IMG/VR virus record: IMGVR_UViG_3300023174_000097
Span: 39,707-103,706 of that record
Reading direction: 5' to 3' (one strand)
Origin: a virus
DNA length: 64,000 nt
Part shown: positions 1-10,499 of the stretch, piece after piece
How the letters are laid out: each line of letters starts with the position of its first letter
Position numbering within the stretch: the first letter of the stretch is position 1
The notes under the pieces: generated by a model
Databases searched by the model: none
What the model was told of the DNA's origin: nothing
Seen by the model: the letters and a program-made list of their open reading frames with translations, nothing else
Translations under genes and position numbers: made by a program

Positions 1-1
1 T

Positions 2-448
2 TTGGAAGAAGATTATCTTCTGATTGAAATTGTTGAAAAAAATGTTGAAAACGAAATGAAAAATTTTGATATAGAAATGTTTATGTGTGAACAAAATCCG
101 GTGACAGGCGAAGAAAGCTATACTCCATTACACTTTGATCAGAAATTTGAAGATTATAAAAATGGTATTTTATTAGATCCGAAAATTGTAGACATAGAAA
201 CTGATGGTATTTTAAACGAACAAAAAAGTAATGATCAATTTAGAGCTGAAAACTTTTTTGAAATATTAATTGATAATGAAATTGAAAAAAATCTTATTTG
301 CAAATTAATTAGTAAGATGAAAGATCGTACTCTTTATGACCCGCTTTATGATTGTTCCGAATACCAAGAACAACAGCGTGTTAATCAACAGACAGCTTCA
401 GATTTGTATTCTCCATCTTATAACGAAGATGATGTTAAAAATTGCTAA
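2..448 (+). CDS. Partial hypothetical protein (5' end outside window), probably virion/baseplate
   Basis: Open frame from the window edge, acidic, collinear with the structural cluster. Confidence 0.6.
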   Translation: MEEDYLLIEIVEKNVENEMKNFDIEMFMCEQNPVTGEESYTPLHFDQKFEDYKNGILLDPKIVDIETDGILNEQKSNDQFRAENFFEILIDNEIEKNLICKLISKMKDRTLYDPLYDCSEYQEQQRVNQQTASDLYSPSYNEDDVKNC

Positions 449-460
449 CGAGGTATAAAA

Positions 461-3400
461 GTGGCCGCTACAACACAAGAAGAAATATTATCAGGTATAC
501 TTCCAAGAGTATCAATTGAAAAAATTACATTAACAACCTCCTCTTCTAATTTAGAAGTGGGAGTTGAATTAAATATAAAAGAAGTATTAGATAATAATTT
601 CTTTGGTAGTTGGTTTGATGATATAAATATTAAAAAATATATTTTAATAGATGTGGTACAATCAACTGATTCACGAATCACAGAGGCTCTATCATTTTCT
701 AATGATATGATACGACTTTGCAACAAATCACGTTCACAAAATAGTGTTATAAATGCAAATGACATAAAAGCTAAAGCTTTATCATATATAACTGGACTAC
801 CAAGTTTAAGCGATATAACAAATTTATTACAAACAAGTATAACAAGGAATGCGATTTCTATAAACGAACCCGCTCAAAGAGGAAAAAATATTTCTAACTA
901 TCCTGGATATGTAAATAGCGACGGCGAAAAAGTATATGAAATACCGTATAAAACAAATTTTACAATTAATAATATCCAGCCAGAACATTTAGCATATTTT
1001 GCTGTTTGCTCAATAGATATCCAGACTTTATGTTCTGATCTTAATATTGATTATGATATTGCTGAAGCACTTGAAGAAAATGGAAAAGTTGTTTCTGAAA
1101 TAGTGATAGAAAATTCTAAAATTGCTGGACATAGTTATGTTTTTGTTGATGAGAATGGCGTAGCCTGGTCGGGTCCAGTTCATCAAAATGAGTCCGAACA
1201 ATGGAAAAGCGGAGATGATGAAACTCCAGATTCAATTATACTCTCCAGAGTTTTAGTTTCTAATACAAAAATACAAGATTTTAGACATTTTGCTGAAATA
1301 CAAAGATTGATGTTGGATTTTAATCAACAAAAGAGAGATGATAATGGTAAAATAGTAACAAATGCATTTAATCTCAACAATACATTAAACAAAGTAACAA
1401 AAATACAAGGTATAGATTATAAGCCAGATGGAAATATACCGCAATTTACTCAAATTTTTTCTTCTTATGATTCAATCGGAAATATAAAATTTCTATTTGG
1501 GATTGAATTTATAAATGTATTAAAAAGTTATTCTAAATTTTCAAAATTATATAATTCTAATAATGAAACTTTTAAAAATGAAAGTATATCTAATACAAAA
1601 ATATTGGATTTAAAATTATATAGAAGAAGAGTTAAGAGCAACATATCCCTTAATAATTCTCTTGCTGATTATGTTCCGGAAAAATTTAATGACAATGAAT
1701 CCGACGAAATTATATTACAGACAAAAGATGAGTCTTGGAGAAATTTTTTAAGCATAAACAACGAAAAATCAAGCATAAGAGAAACACAGCTTTTTGTTGA
1801 TACTGATAATGATTATATGAGATACTTTACAGGTGTTGATAAAAGTTTCAAAGATTTGACGGATGGAATTTATCAATACTATGTTGAACTTGAAATAGAA
1901 GATGGAATTATACAATTAATTAAAGATCAAATACGAGATTTAAATATAGCCAAAAATGAGCTTATTAAATATTATAATCTTGTTAGTATGCCAACTATGA
2001 GAAAATTCTTGATAGAAACACAAAATCCACATATTGATTCTCCAAGAGAAACTTCCAACAATTCAACTATAACTGATTATGGATATGATCTTGTTTTAAA
2101 TAAACTATCACCACAATTGGTTGATAAAATATTGCTACAATATACTGATGCTAATGCAGCTGTTACAAGACTAACACAAGAATATGGTAGTGATGTAGTT
2201 ACAAATTTAACAACAAAATATGGTGGCGCTACTTCTATTGCTGCTCCATGGAATTCTTCTGCTGCAATTTTTTCTGCAGCGTTAGATATTTTCAGTGAAG
2301 GCATACAGACAAGTCAAGATAGAACAAATATAATTACATTTTTAACTACAAATTTGATGCCTAACTCAACTAATCCAAGTATAATATCAAAAATAATTGA
2401 AATGATTGACTATTTTATATCTTCTTTGTCAAATACTTTTGATATAAATATGGAAAATTTAAATAGCTCTTCTCCTACTTCTTCTTCAAGCACGAAAACA
2501 AATAGAAGCTTTAAAATAGTTAAATTTTTTAATGAAATTTTTGATTCTAATTCACTAAAAAGCTTTAATATCGATTACATGTCAACTTCTGTAAATGATT
2601 CTGAAAATGATGATGGATTAAGAATGTTAACTAAAAATAAGATGGCAGAAAGAGTTTCAAATGAAATGTTGAAATTTTTCACCGGAGAGGATTTGAATTT
2701 AAATTTTTCCGGAGAAAATGAAAATATTTCACAAAATATGAAATATTCGTTTTTAACTCCAACAAGATTAGATTTTGAAAATAGAACTATTATGCTTTCT
2801 GTATTACAAAATGAAAGCAACAATTTACAAAATAGAACAATAGAAGATTTTTATAATTCAACAAATAAATATGAAAAAGCTATTTCAATATATTCTGATA
2901 TGTTAAATTTTAAATTAGATACAAATGGAAAAAATAGATTAAGACTATCTTCAACTGAGCAACAAAGAACAAATTTGTCACCGTCTGAAAGAGCTGCTTC
3001 TCGAAGAAGAGAAGAAATATTAACTTCAAGAAAAATAAATGATTTATTTTCCGATTATGCAAATTTAACTATTGAAAGATTTAGTACAATACAATCTACT
3101 AATATATTGGGTGATTCAAATATAAAATCTTTAAATAACTTAATGAGTTCTTTGTCTTCCGGAGCAATAAGAAGCAACCAGACGAACAATAATTCTTATA
3201 ATACTAAATCTTCTAATAGTATTTCTAATATTGTTTCTAATTCTCAAATTGATTTTGTTAAAGAACTTGCAAATAAAAATCCAAATGACATTACAATGTC
3301 GCCGCGAGGTCGGATTGTAGGTCTTAATAATTCATCAATAGGATTTTATCCTCAATTTTATAAAATACCTAATCAAATTAGAGCATTAATTTTTAAACCA

Positions 3401-4165
3401 CAACAATTATCAAATAATGTAAAAAATAATTTAGATTACAACGGTGATTATAAAACTTATATAAGAAATAAAACGATAAATTATTTTAATTTTGAAATGA
3501 TAGGAGAGATACAATATTTAAGTGGATTTGAAAATGTTGTTGAAACAAATATTTTAAATTTAAACAAACCAACATGGAAAACTTTAACTAAAGAATATAT
3601 TGATAATATAACTTCGGAAAGAGAAATATTGTGTAGAATTAAATCATTTAGAAATATAAAATTAAATATTAATGGTTCTTCGGATTTAGAAAAAAGATTC
3701 TATGATAAATATTTTATTATAAAAACAACCTCTAATCAGCAGGCAATATCAGTAACAGGATTTGTAATCAACAATCCATTTATTGGAAATATATTAGAAG
3801 ACATTAGAAGAGGACTACCCGGAGTAAGAATCAGAGAGTCCAATAATATATCATCATTATTAAATAATATTCCATCAAGTATAGAAATAATAAGAACCGA
3901 TAATTCTGGAAATAGAAATATATTAGAAGTTAAAGATATTAGAGATGTGTTAGCAAGGGACATAAATAAAAGTGCTAATAATAAAACTGGCAATTTAAAA
4001 ACTCCCGCTATTGCTTCTTATGCAGCACAAGCACTTTCTATTAGCTCTCAACAAGCGCACATAAATAATAATTTTAAAAGTAGCAATCATGTATCGGGTA
4101 GAAATATTTCTCGCGGAATGGCAAGTGTTCGTCCGAATATGCGTGATAGGACATCAGGAATTTAA
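461..4165 (+). CDS. Large hypothetical virion (baseplate-region) protein, 1234 aa
   Basis: Long Asn/Ile/Ser-rich ORF, GTG start after GAGGT SD; function from context only. Confidence 0.6.
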   Translation: MAATTQEEILSGILPRVSIEKITLTTSSSNLEVGVELNIKEVLDNNFFGSWFDDINIKKYILIDVVQSTDSRITEALSFSNDMIRLCNKSRSQNSVINANDIKAKALSYITGLPSLSDITNLLQTSITRNAISINEPAQRGKNISNYPGYVNSDGEKVYEIPYKTNFTINNIQPEHLAYFAVCSIDIQTLCSDLNIDYDIAEALEENGKVVSEIVIENSKIAGHSYVFVDENGVAWSGPVHQNESEQWKSGDDETPDSIILSRVLVSNTKIQDFRHFAEIQRLMLDFNQQKRDDNGKIVTNAFNLNNTLNKVTKIQGIDYKPDGNIPQFTQIFSSYDSIGNIKFLFGIEFINVLKSYSKFSKLYNSNNETFKNESISNTKILDLKLYRRRVKSNISLNNSLADYVPEKFNDNESDEIILQTKDESWRNFLSINNEKSSIRETQLFVDTDNDYMRYFTGVDKSFKDLTDGIYQYYVELEIEDGIIQLIKDQIRDLNIAKNELIKYYNLVSMPTMRKFLIETQNPHIDSPRETSNNSTITDYGYDLVLNKLSPQLVDKILLQYTDANAAVTRLTQEYGSDVVTNLTTKYGGATSIAAPWNSSAAIFSAALDIFSEGIQTSQDRTNIITFLTTNLMPNSTNPSIISKIIEMIDYFISSLSNTFDINMENLNSSSPTSSSSTKTNRSFKIVKFFNEIFDSNSLKSFNIDYMSTSVNDSENDDGLRMLTKNKMAERVSNEMLKFFTGEDLNLNFSGENENISQNMKYSFLTPTRLDFENRTIMLSVLQNESNNLQNRTIEDFYNSTNKYEKAISIYSDMLNFKLDTNGKNRLRLSSTEQQRTNLSPSERAASRRREEILTSRKINDLFSDYANLTIERFSTIQSTNILGDSNIKSLNNLMSSLSSGAIRSNQTNNNSYNTKSSNSISNIVSNSQIDFVKELANKNPNDITMSPRGRIVGLNNSSIGFYPQFYKIPNQIRALIFKPQQLSNNVKNNLDYNGDYKTYIRNKTINYFNFEMIGEIQYLSGFENVVETNILNLNKPTWKTLTKEYIDNITSEREILCRIKSFRNIKLNINGSSDLEKRFYDKYFIIKTTSNQQAISVTGFVINNPFIGNILEDIRRGLPGVRIRESNNISSLLNNIPSSIEIIRTDNSGNRNILEVKDIRDVLARDINKSANNKTGNLKTPAIASYAAQALSISSQQAHINNNFKSSNHVSGRNISRGMASVRPNMRDRTSGI

Positions 4166-4193
4166 AAGATAATACAATTATTTGGAGATATAT

Positions 4194-7169
4194 ATGGCGT
4201 TTAATCGTGAACAAGCAATAGCGGCAGCAAAAGAAACAGCAAAACAATCCGCAAGAAATAAAATATTAGATATAAAAAGTAAAGGCGCAACGGATGCTGC
4301 AAGAGGTGTTTATGACCCGCCAGCAGAACAACAGGGTTTTAGTTATGATATAATGAACTACCAGAGTGGTTGGCTTTCTACTGGAAATTCTTTACCACAA
4401 GGTGTTGAGTGGATAAGAACTCCAAATACATTAGGATTTCGTTCAACTTGCAGAGATTTACAAAATATTTTATCAAATATTGAAGATCATAACGTAGAAG
4501 ATGATACGGGTTCTACAGCTGGTTCAGCCTCAGAACGCGATAAAGGTAAAAAAACAAAACCACAGCAAGATCGCACGCCCAGAATAAGTGATATTTTAAT
4601 TCCAAGACACGATCAAAAAACTGATACAACAGTTAATACTTCGCGACCGATAGATCCATCAGAAGATGCTATAAATGCTTTAGATTCTGAAACACACGAT
4701 AATATAGCATCAAATATTTTACAGTTTGAAGATTCGCCGTTTCTTAATATTGGCAGAACAGCAACAATAATTAACAGAATAGATTATGCTGTACCTATAG
4801 CAAATTTATCAAGAGATTATGGAATAGAAAAAAGCTTAGTTTCAGATCATATAAAAAACTTCAATGGTTCTTTTTACGTTGTTGACAATAGATCAAATTT
4901 AAAATTTCATAAAAATTTAGCATTTTATGATAATTTGAGACAAAGAAAAAAATATATTACCTTAATAAGAAACGCTACAAATTCAACAAATTATGCAACG
5001 TTAAATAGCGCTTCTTTAGAAAATTATGTTTTTAAATTTGATTCGGATTTAAAAGTAAAAAAGCCAGAAGATCTCTCAAGATTCAAAAGAAGTTTTATAA
5101 AAGGTATTTCTTTTACCGGCTCAATATTGGGACAAAATAAAGATACATTTCAATTTGAAAAATTAGTAGATTCAAATATACAATTAATTGATAATACATT
5201 TTCTATGCAAATGCCTTTTGAAAATTCAGAATTATTAAATACATTAAATTTAAATGGCGCATCTATTATTGATATAAAAGAAAATTATAATTTTTATATT
5301 AAAGAATATGAAAAAGTTGCTTCACAAGCCGATAATCAATCTAAAGAAAATGTATTTCCAAATTTATATGTTTTAAATTCTATTTTAGATGAGAAAACAG
5401 AACAAAAAGAGTTTTTAATTTCTTTGGCAAATTTAGATAATATGATTAATTCTGGTGATAGATTTATGCTAAATAACTCAGAAAAAGTTATTTTCGGAAT
5501 AAAAGATAATATTGGTGAATATTTTGATTTATTTGGTTTAAATTATAAAGATTTATTAACAAACAATAGAAGCCTACATGATTCATACAAAATAAAACTT
5601 AATAATATTATATTTTTGTCTGATACAACAAATAAATTAAATGAAATAAATAAGAAAAAATATATGTTTCCTATGTCTGTAGATTTATCTATTCCGACTG
5701 ATAAAACAACTACAATAACTAAAATGTTGATAGATTCAGATTTGATGGACAGCTTTGTGATCCGATTGTTTAATATGTATAATACAAGTAGATTTAGTTC
5801 AAATCAATCTGTAATGTGCGAAACTCTTTTTACACAAGAAGTAAATCCAGGAAATCAACAAACACAAGTTCAACAAACATTTAGTTCTAAAATCAAAAAT
5901 ATTAATAGTGTTAATCTTCTTCAAACTCTCGTAGATATAAGTCAAGAACCAATTAATTTAAATGATTCAAGATATACTATAATAGGCGATACGACAAGAT
6001 ACTTAAGAACAAACAGAAATTCTATGAGTTTTGTAAATGGATTAAGAAATATTATTTTTAACTCTAAATTAAATACATTTGTAAGAAACAACTATAGAAA
6101 TTATGAAGATATTTTAAATGGAAAAAAATGTTATAATGAAACTGTAGCATTTAGAGTTTCTAAATATGAAAAAGGAAACAATTCTGCAATACAAAATTAT
6201 TGGATTCCTAATAATCCTGATTTAGATTTAATAAACATTGTTGATACACAAATTAAATATAATAAAGAATATAAATATAAAATATTTGCTTATCAATTTG
6301 TATTAGGAAATAGAATAATACAAGATAACAATACTACATCAACATCAGATGGAGAATTTAGAATTGATGTTGAAAATCTTCCGATAGCCGATTTAATAGA
6401 AGTTGAAATATTATCAACAACTAAAAGAGTTTCAGATACTCCTCCTTTATCTCCGGAAATATTATTTGTTCCTTATTTTGGAGTAGATAATAAAATTGGT
6501 CTATTTTTAAATGGTAGAACAGGAGAAGAAAAATTAGAGCCAATAAATATATTGCAAACAGATCAAAATATAACATCCCTATATAAGAGAGATTTAAATA
6601 ATTCAGTTTTATATAAATCTGATGATGTAGCAAAAAGATTTGAAATAATGAAGCTTGAAAACAAACCAAATTCTTATGAAGATTTTTCTAAAGGTTTCAT
6701 AAAAGTAGTTGATACAGATGTAAATAAAGAAACCATACAAAATGCAAGTGCTGCAGCTTTTATTGATACTGTAGAACCAAATAAAAAATACTATTACTGC
6801 TTTAGAGCTGTTGACATTCATGATAAGCTGTCTAATCCAACACAAATATTTGAAGTTGAAATGGTGAATGAAAAAGGTATGATCTTTCCAATAATTAAAA
6901 ATTATGAATTTGAAAAACCTGCTTATTCAAATGTAAAAGAAATTCGTAGATTTATAAAAATAAAACCAGCATCTCAGCATACGTTTTTAGATAGAGAAAC
7001 ATCTCAAATACAAAATGACACAACTGCACAACAATCATTAAGAAAAGTAAATCTTGGTTTATCGGATGTGTCAGTTCCTTGGGGAAAAACATTTAAAATG
7101 GTTTTAACTTCAAAACAAACCGGTAAAAAATGCGAATTTAAGTTTAAATTTAAATACAAAACAGAATAA
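4194..7169 (+). CDS. Large hypothetical virion protein; the C-terminal part may contain FN3/Ig-like beta domains
   Basis: ATG at 4194 follows GGAG, preferred over TTG 4182. Motifs DTQIKYNKEYKYKIFAY and DTVEPNKKYYYCFRAVD resemble FN3 strands. Confidence 0.6.
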   Translation: MAFNREQAIAAAKETAKQSARNKILDIKSKGATDAARGVYDPPAEQQGFSYDIMNYQSGWLSTGNSLPQGVEWIRTPNTLGFRSTCRDLQNILSNIEDHNVEDDTGSTAGSASERDKGKKTKPQQDRTPRISDILIPRHDQKTDTTVNTSRPIDPSEDAINALDSETHDNIASNILQFEDSPFLNIGRTATIINRIDYAVPIANLSRDYGIEKSLVSDHIKNFNGSFYVVDNRSNLKFHKNLAFYDNLRQRKKYITLIRNATNSTNYATLNSASLENYVFKFDSDLKVKKPEDLSRFKRSFIKGISFTGSILGQNKDTFQFEKLVDSNIQLIDNTFSMQMPFENSELLNTLNLNGASIIDIKENYNFYIKEYEKVASQADNQSKENVFPNLYVLNSILDEKTEQKEFLISLANLDNMINSGDRFMLNNSEKVIFGIKDNIGEYFDLFGLNYKDLLTNNRSLHDSYKIKLNNIIFLSDTTNKLNEINKKKYMFPMSVDLSIPTDKTTTITKMLIDSDLMDSFVIRLFNMYNTSRFSSNQSVMCETLFTQEVNPGNQQTQVQQTFSSKIKNINSVNLLQTLVDISQEPINLNDSRYTIIGDTTRYLRTNRNSMSFVNGLRNIIFNSKLNTFVRNNYRNYEDILNGKKCYNETVAFRVSKYEKGNNSAIQNYWIPNNPDLDLINIVDTQIKYNKEYKYKIFAYQFVLGNRIIQDNNTTSTSDGEFRIDVENLPIADLIEVEILSTTKRVSDTPPLSPEILFVPYFGVDNKIGLFLNGRTGEEKLEPINILQTDQNITSLYKRDLNNSVLYKSDDVAKRFEIMKLENKPNSYEDFSKGFIKVVDTDVNKETIQNASAAAFIDTVEPNKKYYYCFRAVDIHDKLSNPTQIFEVEMVNEKGMIFPIIKNYEFEKPAYSNVKEIRRFIKIKPASQHTFLDRETSQIQNDTTAQQSLRKVNLGLSDVSVPWGKTFKMVLTSKQTGKKCEFKFKFKYKTE

Positions 7170-7181
7170 TATTGATAAAAC

Positions 7182-7191
7182 ACTATTTATA
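7182..7191 (+). promoter_or_regulatory. Late promoter motif ACTATTTATA (representative copy)
   Basis: Recurs in intergenic DNA before structural genes: 10468, 11940, 14774, 15901, 17134, 30066, 33380, 36492, 37138, 40507, 41913, 43294, 46108. Confidence 0.75.
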
Positions 7192-7208
7192 GCGTAGGAG
7201 AACACATA

Positions 7209-8141
7209 ATGGCATTTCTTGATAATTCAGGCGATATAATATTAGATGCTGTATTAACCGATACAGGAAGATACAGATTAGCAAAAGGCGATGGAAGTTT
7301 TAGAGTTGCTAAATTTGCTCTTGGCGATGATGAAATAAATTATCGTCTTTATGATAAAAACAATACAAGTGGTTCTGCTTATTATGATTTAAGCATTCTA
7401 CAAACACCAATTTTAGAAGCATTTACAGATAATGCAGCCGGCCTTAAATCAAAATTGATAACAATGTCAAGAAATAATTTATTATATCTTCCAGTTATAA
7501 AATTAAACGAAACAAGAAACGAAACATCAAGATATGTTGACGGTTCATTCTTGGTTGCTGTTGATGAAGATACTGAAAGTGCCATGATTTCTTCTAATGC
7601 AAATAGTAGTACTGTAATTGGAGTTCTAAAAGGCGTTACAACAACTGAATCATCAAATTTTATACAAGTAGATCAAGGTTTGGATACAAACTATGAAATG
7701 GCTCCAACAACTCTTGATGCTGATTTAGTAGAAACTCAATATATTATAGAAATAGATAATCGTCTTGGAAATATTATTGCCACAAATTCCAATGGTAATA
7801 CAGTAGCAAGAGCTTCTTATATAGATGACGATAATATAGCAAGCTATTTCTTTTCTCTCGGTAGTGATGGTACTTTTGTGAAAGAAATTGATAACACAAC
7901 CAGCACAGATAACAACAATCAAGTAATAAAAGGTCCAAGAGGAACAAGATTAGAATTTTCTATAAGATCTTCTATAGATTTACAAACAACAACTTTCTTG
8001 TTTGATCAGTTAGGTTCTACAACAACTATAACAGAAGCAAGAGCTACACCGACTGTTCAATTTATTGATACAAATGTTAGAGTAATTGGTGCTACAACAG
8101 GTTATAGAATTGATATCCCTGTAAGATTTATAAAAGTGTGA
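7209..8141 (+). CDS. Conserved baseplate/tail-associated structural protein
   Basis: N-terminus MAFLDNSGDIILDAVLTDTGR...KFALGDDEINY; late motif at 7182 and AGGAG SD. Confidence 0.6.
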   Translation: MAFLDNSGDIILDAVLTDTGRYRLAKGDGSFRVAKFALGDDEINYRLYDKNNTSGSAYYDLSILQTPILEAFTDNAAGLKSKLITMSRNNLLYLPVIKLNETRNETSRYVDGSFLVAVDEDTESAMISSNANSSTVIGVLKGVTTTESSNFIQVDQGLDTNYEMAPTTLDADLVETQYIIEIDNRLGNIIATNSNGNTVARASYIDDDNIASYFFSLGSDGTFVKEIDNTTSTDNNNQVIKGPRGTRLEFSIRSSIDLQTTTFLFDQLGSTTTITEARATPTVQFIDTNVRVIGATTGYRIDIPVRFIKV

Positions 8142-8159
8142 TAAGTTTAGGAGAATAAG

Positions 8160-9191
8160 ATGGCTACAATATATAAAACATTTTTAAATAACGACGTTGT
8201 TTCAACGAGAACATTATTACACGAATCAATTCCAATTACAGGAACAATTGTATCTGGTACTTATGTTACTTCCGGTGTAGAAAAAAATATAAAAAATTAT
8301 GCTCACGGCATGTTTCAATCTGTATATGATTATCCTGTTTTAAGTTCGTCTGCAAACCACATATTTGATATAACTGTAGGTTTAAGCAACAACTCGGGAC
8401 TTTCAAGTTCAAATAATCAACAAAACAGTAAAAAAATAAACATTTATAATCAAATGGCTCAAGTTCTTGTTGGTAACGATGTTACTGGAAGTATACTTGA
8501 ATTTGATAGGGATGGAAACATATTAGCAGGTGGAGATAAGCTAAGAGAAGTATTTTTTGTTAATTTCTCAAGACTTCTTGTAAAGGACGAAATAAAGAAA
8601 GACACATTTAGATTTACACTTGGCACAGGTTCTTTTAGTGATCCGTTTGCTGGAACATTAAAAGTTGTTGGTGATTATGGTGCTCAAAACGAATATCGCG
8701 TAAATTCTCCATCCGGAGAATATGGTATATTATATACTGGTTCTGCTGCTGTTGAAGGAACAGGGGTTGGATTAATATTCTATCAAGCAGGTATTGCTGT
8801 TTTGACTGCTTCCTTATTTGATGGTGCGACAATGACTGGCTCAACTGGAAATGTTTCAAATCTTTTCCAAACAAGTTCTATGCAAGTTGCTGCAGATTCA
8901 TTAAGAAGAAGAATTTATAATATTGACTTTAATAATACAACAGAACTAAATTCAACAATTTATTTTTGTAGATTAAATCACAACGAATTTAACTATAGTT
9001 CAAATCCAACTTATTTAAGTTCAAGTAAGATAATTGTTAAAAACAATGCAATAGACAATCCGGTAAGTTATATAACTTCTGTTGGTTTATACTCGGCAGA
9101 TAACGAACTTCTTGCTGTTGCTAAATTAAGCGAACCTCTCAAAAAAGATCCAACAAATGAAATGATTTTGAGAGTTAGACTTGATTACTAA
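8160..9191 (+). CDS. Baseplate/fibre-attachment protein (tail-collar-fibre-like C-terminus)
   Basis: C-terminal YITSVGLYSADNELLAVAKLSEP motif; paralog of 9253..10212. Confidence 0.6.
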   Translation: MATIYKTFLNNDVVSTRTLLHESIPITGTIVSGTYVTSGVEKNIKNYAHGMFQSVYDYPVLSSSANHIFDITVGLSNNSGLSSSNNQQNSKKINIYNQMAQVLVGNDVTGSILEFDRDGNILAGGDKLREVFFVNFSRLLVKDEIKKDTFRFTLGTGSFSDPFAGTLKVVGDYGAQNEYRVNSPSGEYGILYTGSAAVEGTGVGLIFYQAGIAVLTASLFDGATMTGSTGNVSNLFQTSSMQVAADSLRRRIYNIDFNNTTELNSTIYFCRLNHNEFNYSSNPTYLSSSKIIVKNNAIDNPVSYITSVGLYSADNELLAVAKLSEPLKKDPTNEMILRVRLDY

Positions 9192-9217
9192 TCACTATTA
9201 TTAAAATTAAAACAAAG

Positions 9218-9246
9218 AAACTGCCTATTTATTTTAGGCAGTTTTT
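9218..9246 (+). terminator. Terminator-like hairpin overlapping a late-promoter motif
   Basis: aaactgccta-tttattt-taggcagttt followed by Ts; CTATTTAT spans the stem and loop. Confidence 0.6.
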
Positions 9247-9252
9247 ATTATT

Positions 9253-10212
9253 ATGGCAAAACCAAAACAATTTATTACAAAAGATGGAAATCTAAATAAC
9301 TTTAAAACAGTTTCTACAAACGATTTTAGTCAATTTCAATACGGCGATGTTATAACTGGAAGCGAATATCCTTATGTCGCAAATGTTTCAAGATTTCACG
9401 TTTATGATGCTCAAAATAGAAATTATATAAAAGCATTAAAAAACACATTAGATTATTATATTTATTCAAGTCCTCATTTTGCTTATAGTTCTTCACTTGG
9501 CAATAAAGAACAACAAGAATTAAGTTTGGTAACAATACCATCTATTTTCTATGGCTCCTCAATTAGAAAAGGAAGTATAAGCTGTAAATGGTATGTAACA
9601 GGAACTGTTGTTGCTGAATTACAAGATGTAAGACAAAATGGCGAATTAATACAAATTGGACCAAGTGGAAGTAATGGTTCTGGTAGTGTTGCTGGTGTTG
9701 TTTTATATAAAGAGGGTTTTATATTATTAACAGGTTCTTGGAGTTTGCACCCAACATATACAGATAAATTTGGAATAGGCACAACAGAAGATTTGTCTCC
9801 ATCTTGGAAATATTTTATGCATACAGGTTCTGATGAAACAAATAGAGTTATTTCATCAAGTTTCTTATTAGATTTTGAAGGAACAAATTATATACCAACA
9901 GTAACAATGCTTGCTCACGCACAACAAGGTGAATTAAATCATTCTAATAATCCAACTTATATTGAGTATGGACAACAACAGAGATTGACAACTGGAAGTT
10001 ATGGATATATAGAAAATAATGATGCTATTATAAAAAATATGGTTAGTTCTTCTTTTGTTGATGAAGAACCAGATTTTAAAAAAACAACTTATATTTCAAA
10101 AATTGCTATATATGATGAACAAAAGAATTTGATAGGTGTTGCCAAGTTGGCGAATCCGGTAAGAAAAAGAGAATTAGATTCTTATACATTTAAGTTAAAA
10201 ATGGACCTATAG
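9253..10212 (+). CDS. Baseplate/fibre-attachment protein, paralog of 8160..9191
   Basis: NHSNNPTY...YISKIAIYDEQKNLIGVAKLANP aligns with NYSSNPTY...YITSVGLYSADNELLAVAKLSEP. Confidence 0.6.
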   Translation: MAKPKQFITKDGNLNNFKTVSTNDFSQFQYGDVITGSEYPYVANVSRFHVYDAQNRNYIKALKNTLDYYIYSSPHFAYSSSLGNKEQQELSLVTIPSIFYGSSIRKGSISCKWYVTGTVVAELQDVRQNGELIQIGPSGSNGSGSVAGVVLYKEGFILLTGSWSLHPTYTDKFGIGTTEDLSPSWKYFMHTGSDETNRVISSSFLLDFEGTNYIPTVTMLAHAQQGELNHSNNPTYIEYGQQQRLTTGSYGYIENNDAIIKNMVSSSFVDEEPDFKKTTYISKIAIYDEQKNLIGVAKLANPVRKRELDSYTFKLKMDL

Positions 10213-10213
10213 A

Positions 10214-10468
10214 ATGTTAAAAAAATTTGAAAGCAGTGACATATTTGTAAATCGTATAAAAGCATATCCACGAGTAAAAGTATTTACTTATTCCGGAAGC
10301 ATGTATTATGGCAATGATTCAGTATCGCAAGATGGTGTCAGACTATTTGATTTTTTAATGGTACCTGTATCTGGTGCTGCTCCAAGTCCAATTCCATCAA
10401 CTGTTATAACAACTGAAGACGGACAATATTTATTAACAGAAGACGGAAACTTTCTAATATTAGAATAA
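10214..10468 (+). CDS. Small tail adaptor-like protein with a C-terminal TEDG repeat
   Basis: Ends ITTEDGQYLLTEDGNFLILE after a Pro-rich linker. Confidence 0.55.
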   Translation: MLKKFESSDIFVNRIKAYPRVKVFTYSGSMYYGNDSVSQDGVRLFDFLMVPVSGAAPSPIPSTVITTEDGQYLLTEDGNFLILE

Positions 10469-10499
10469 CTAATTATATATAATTTGAGGATCAACATAG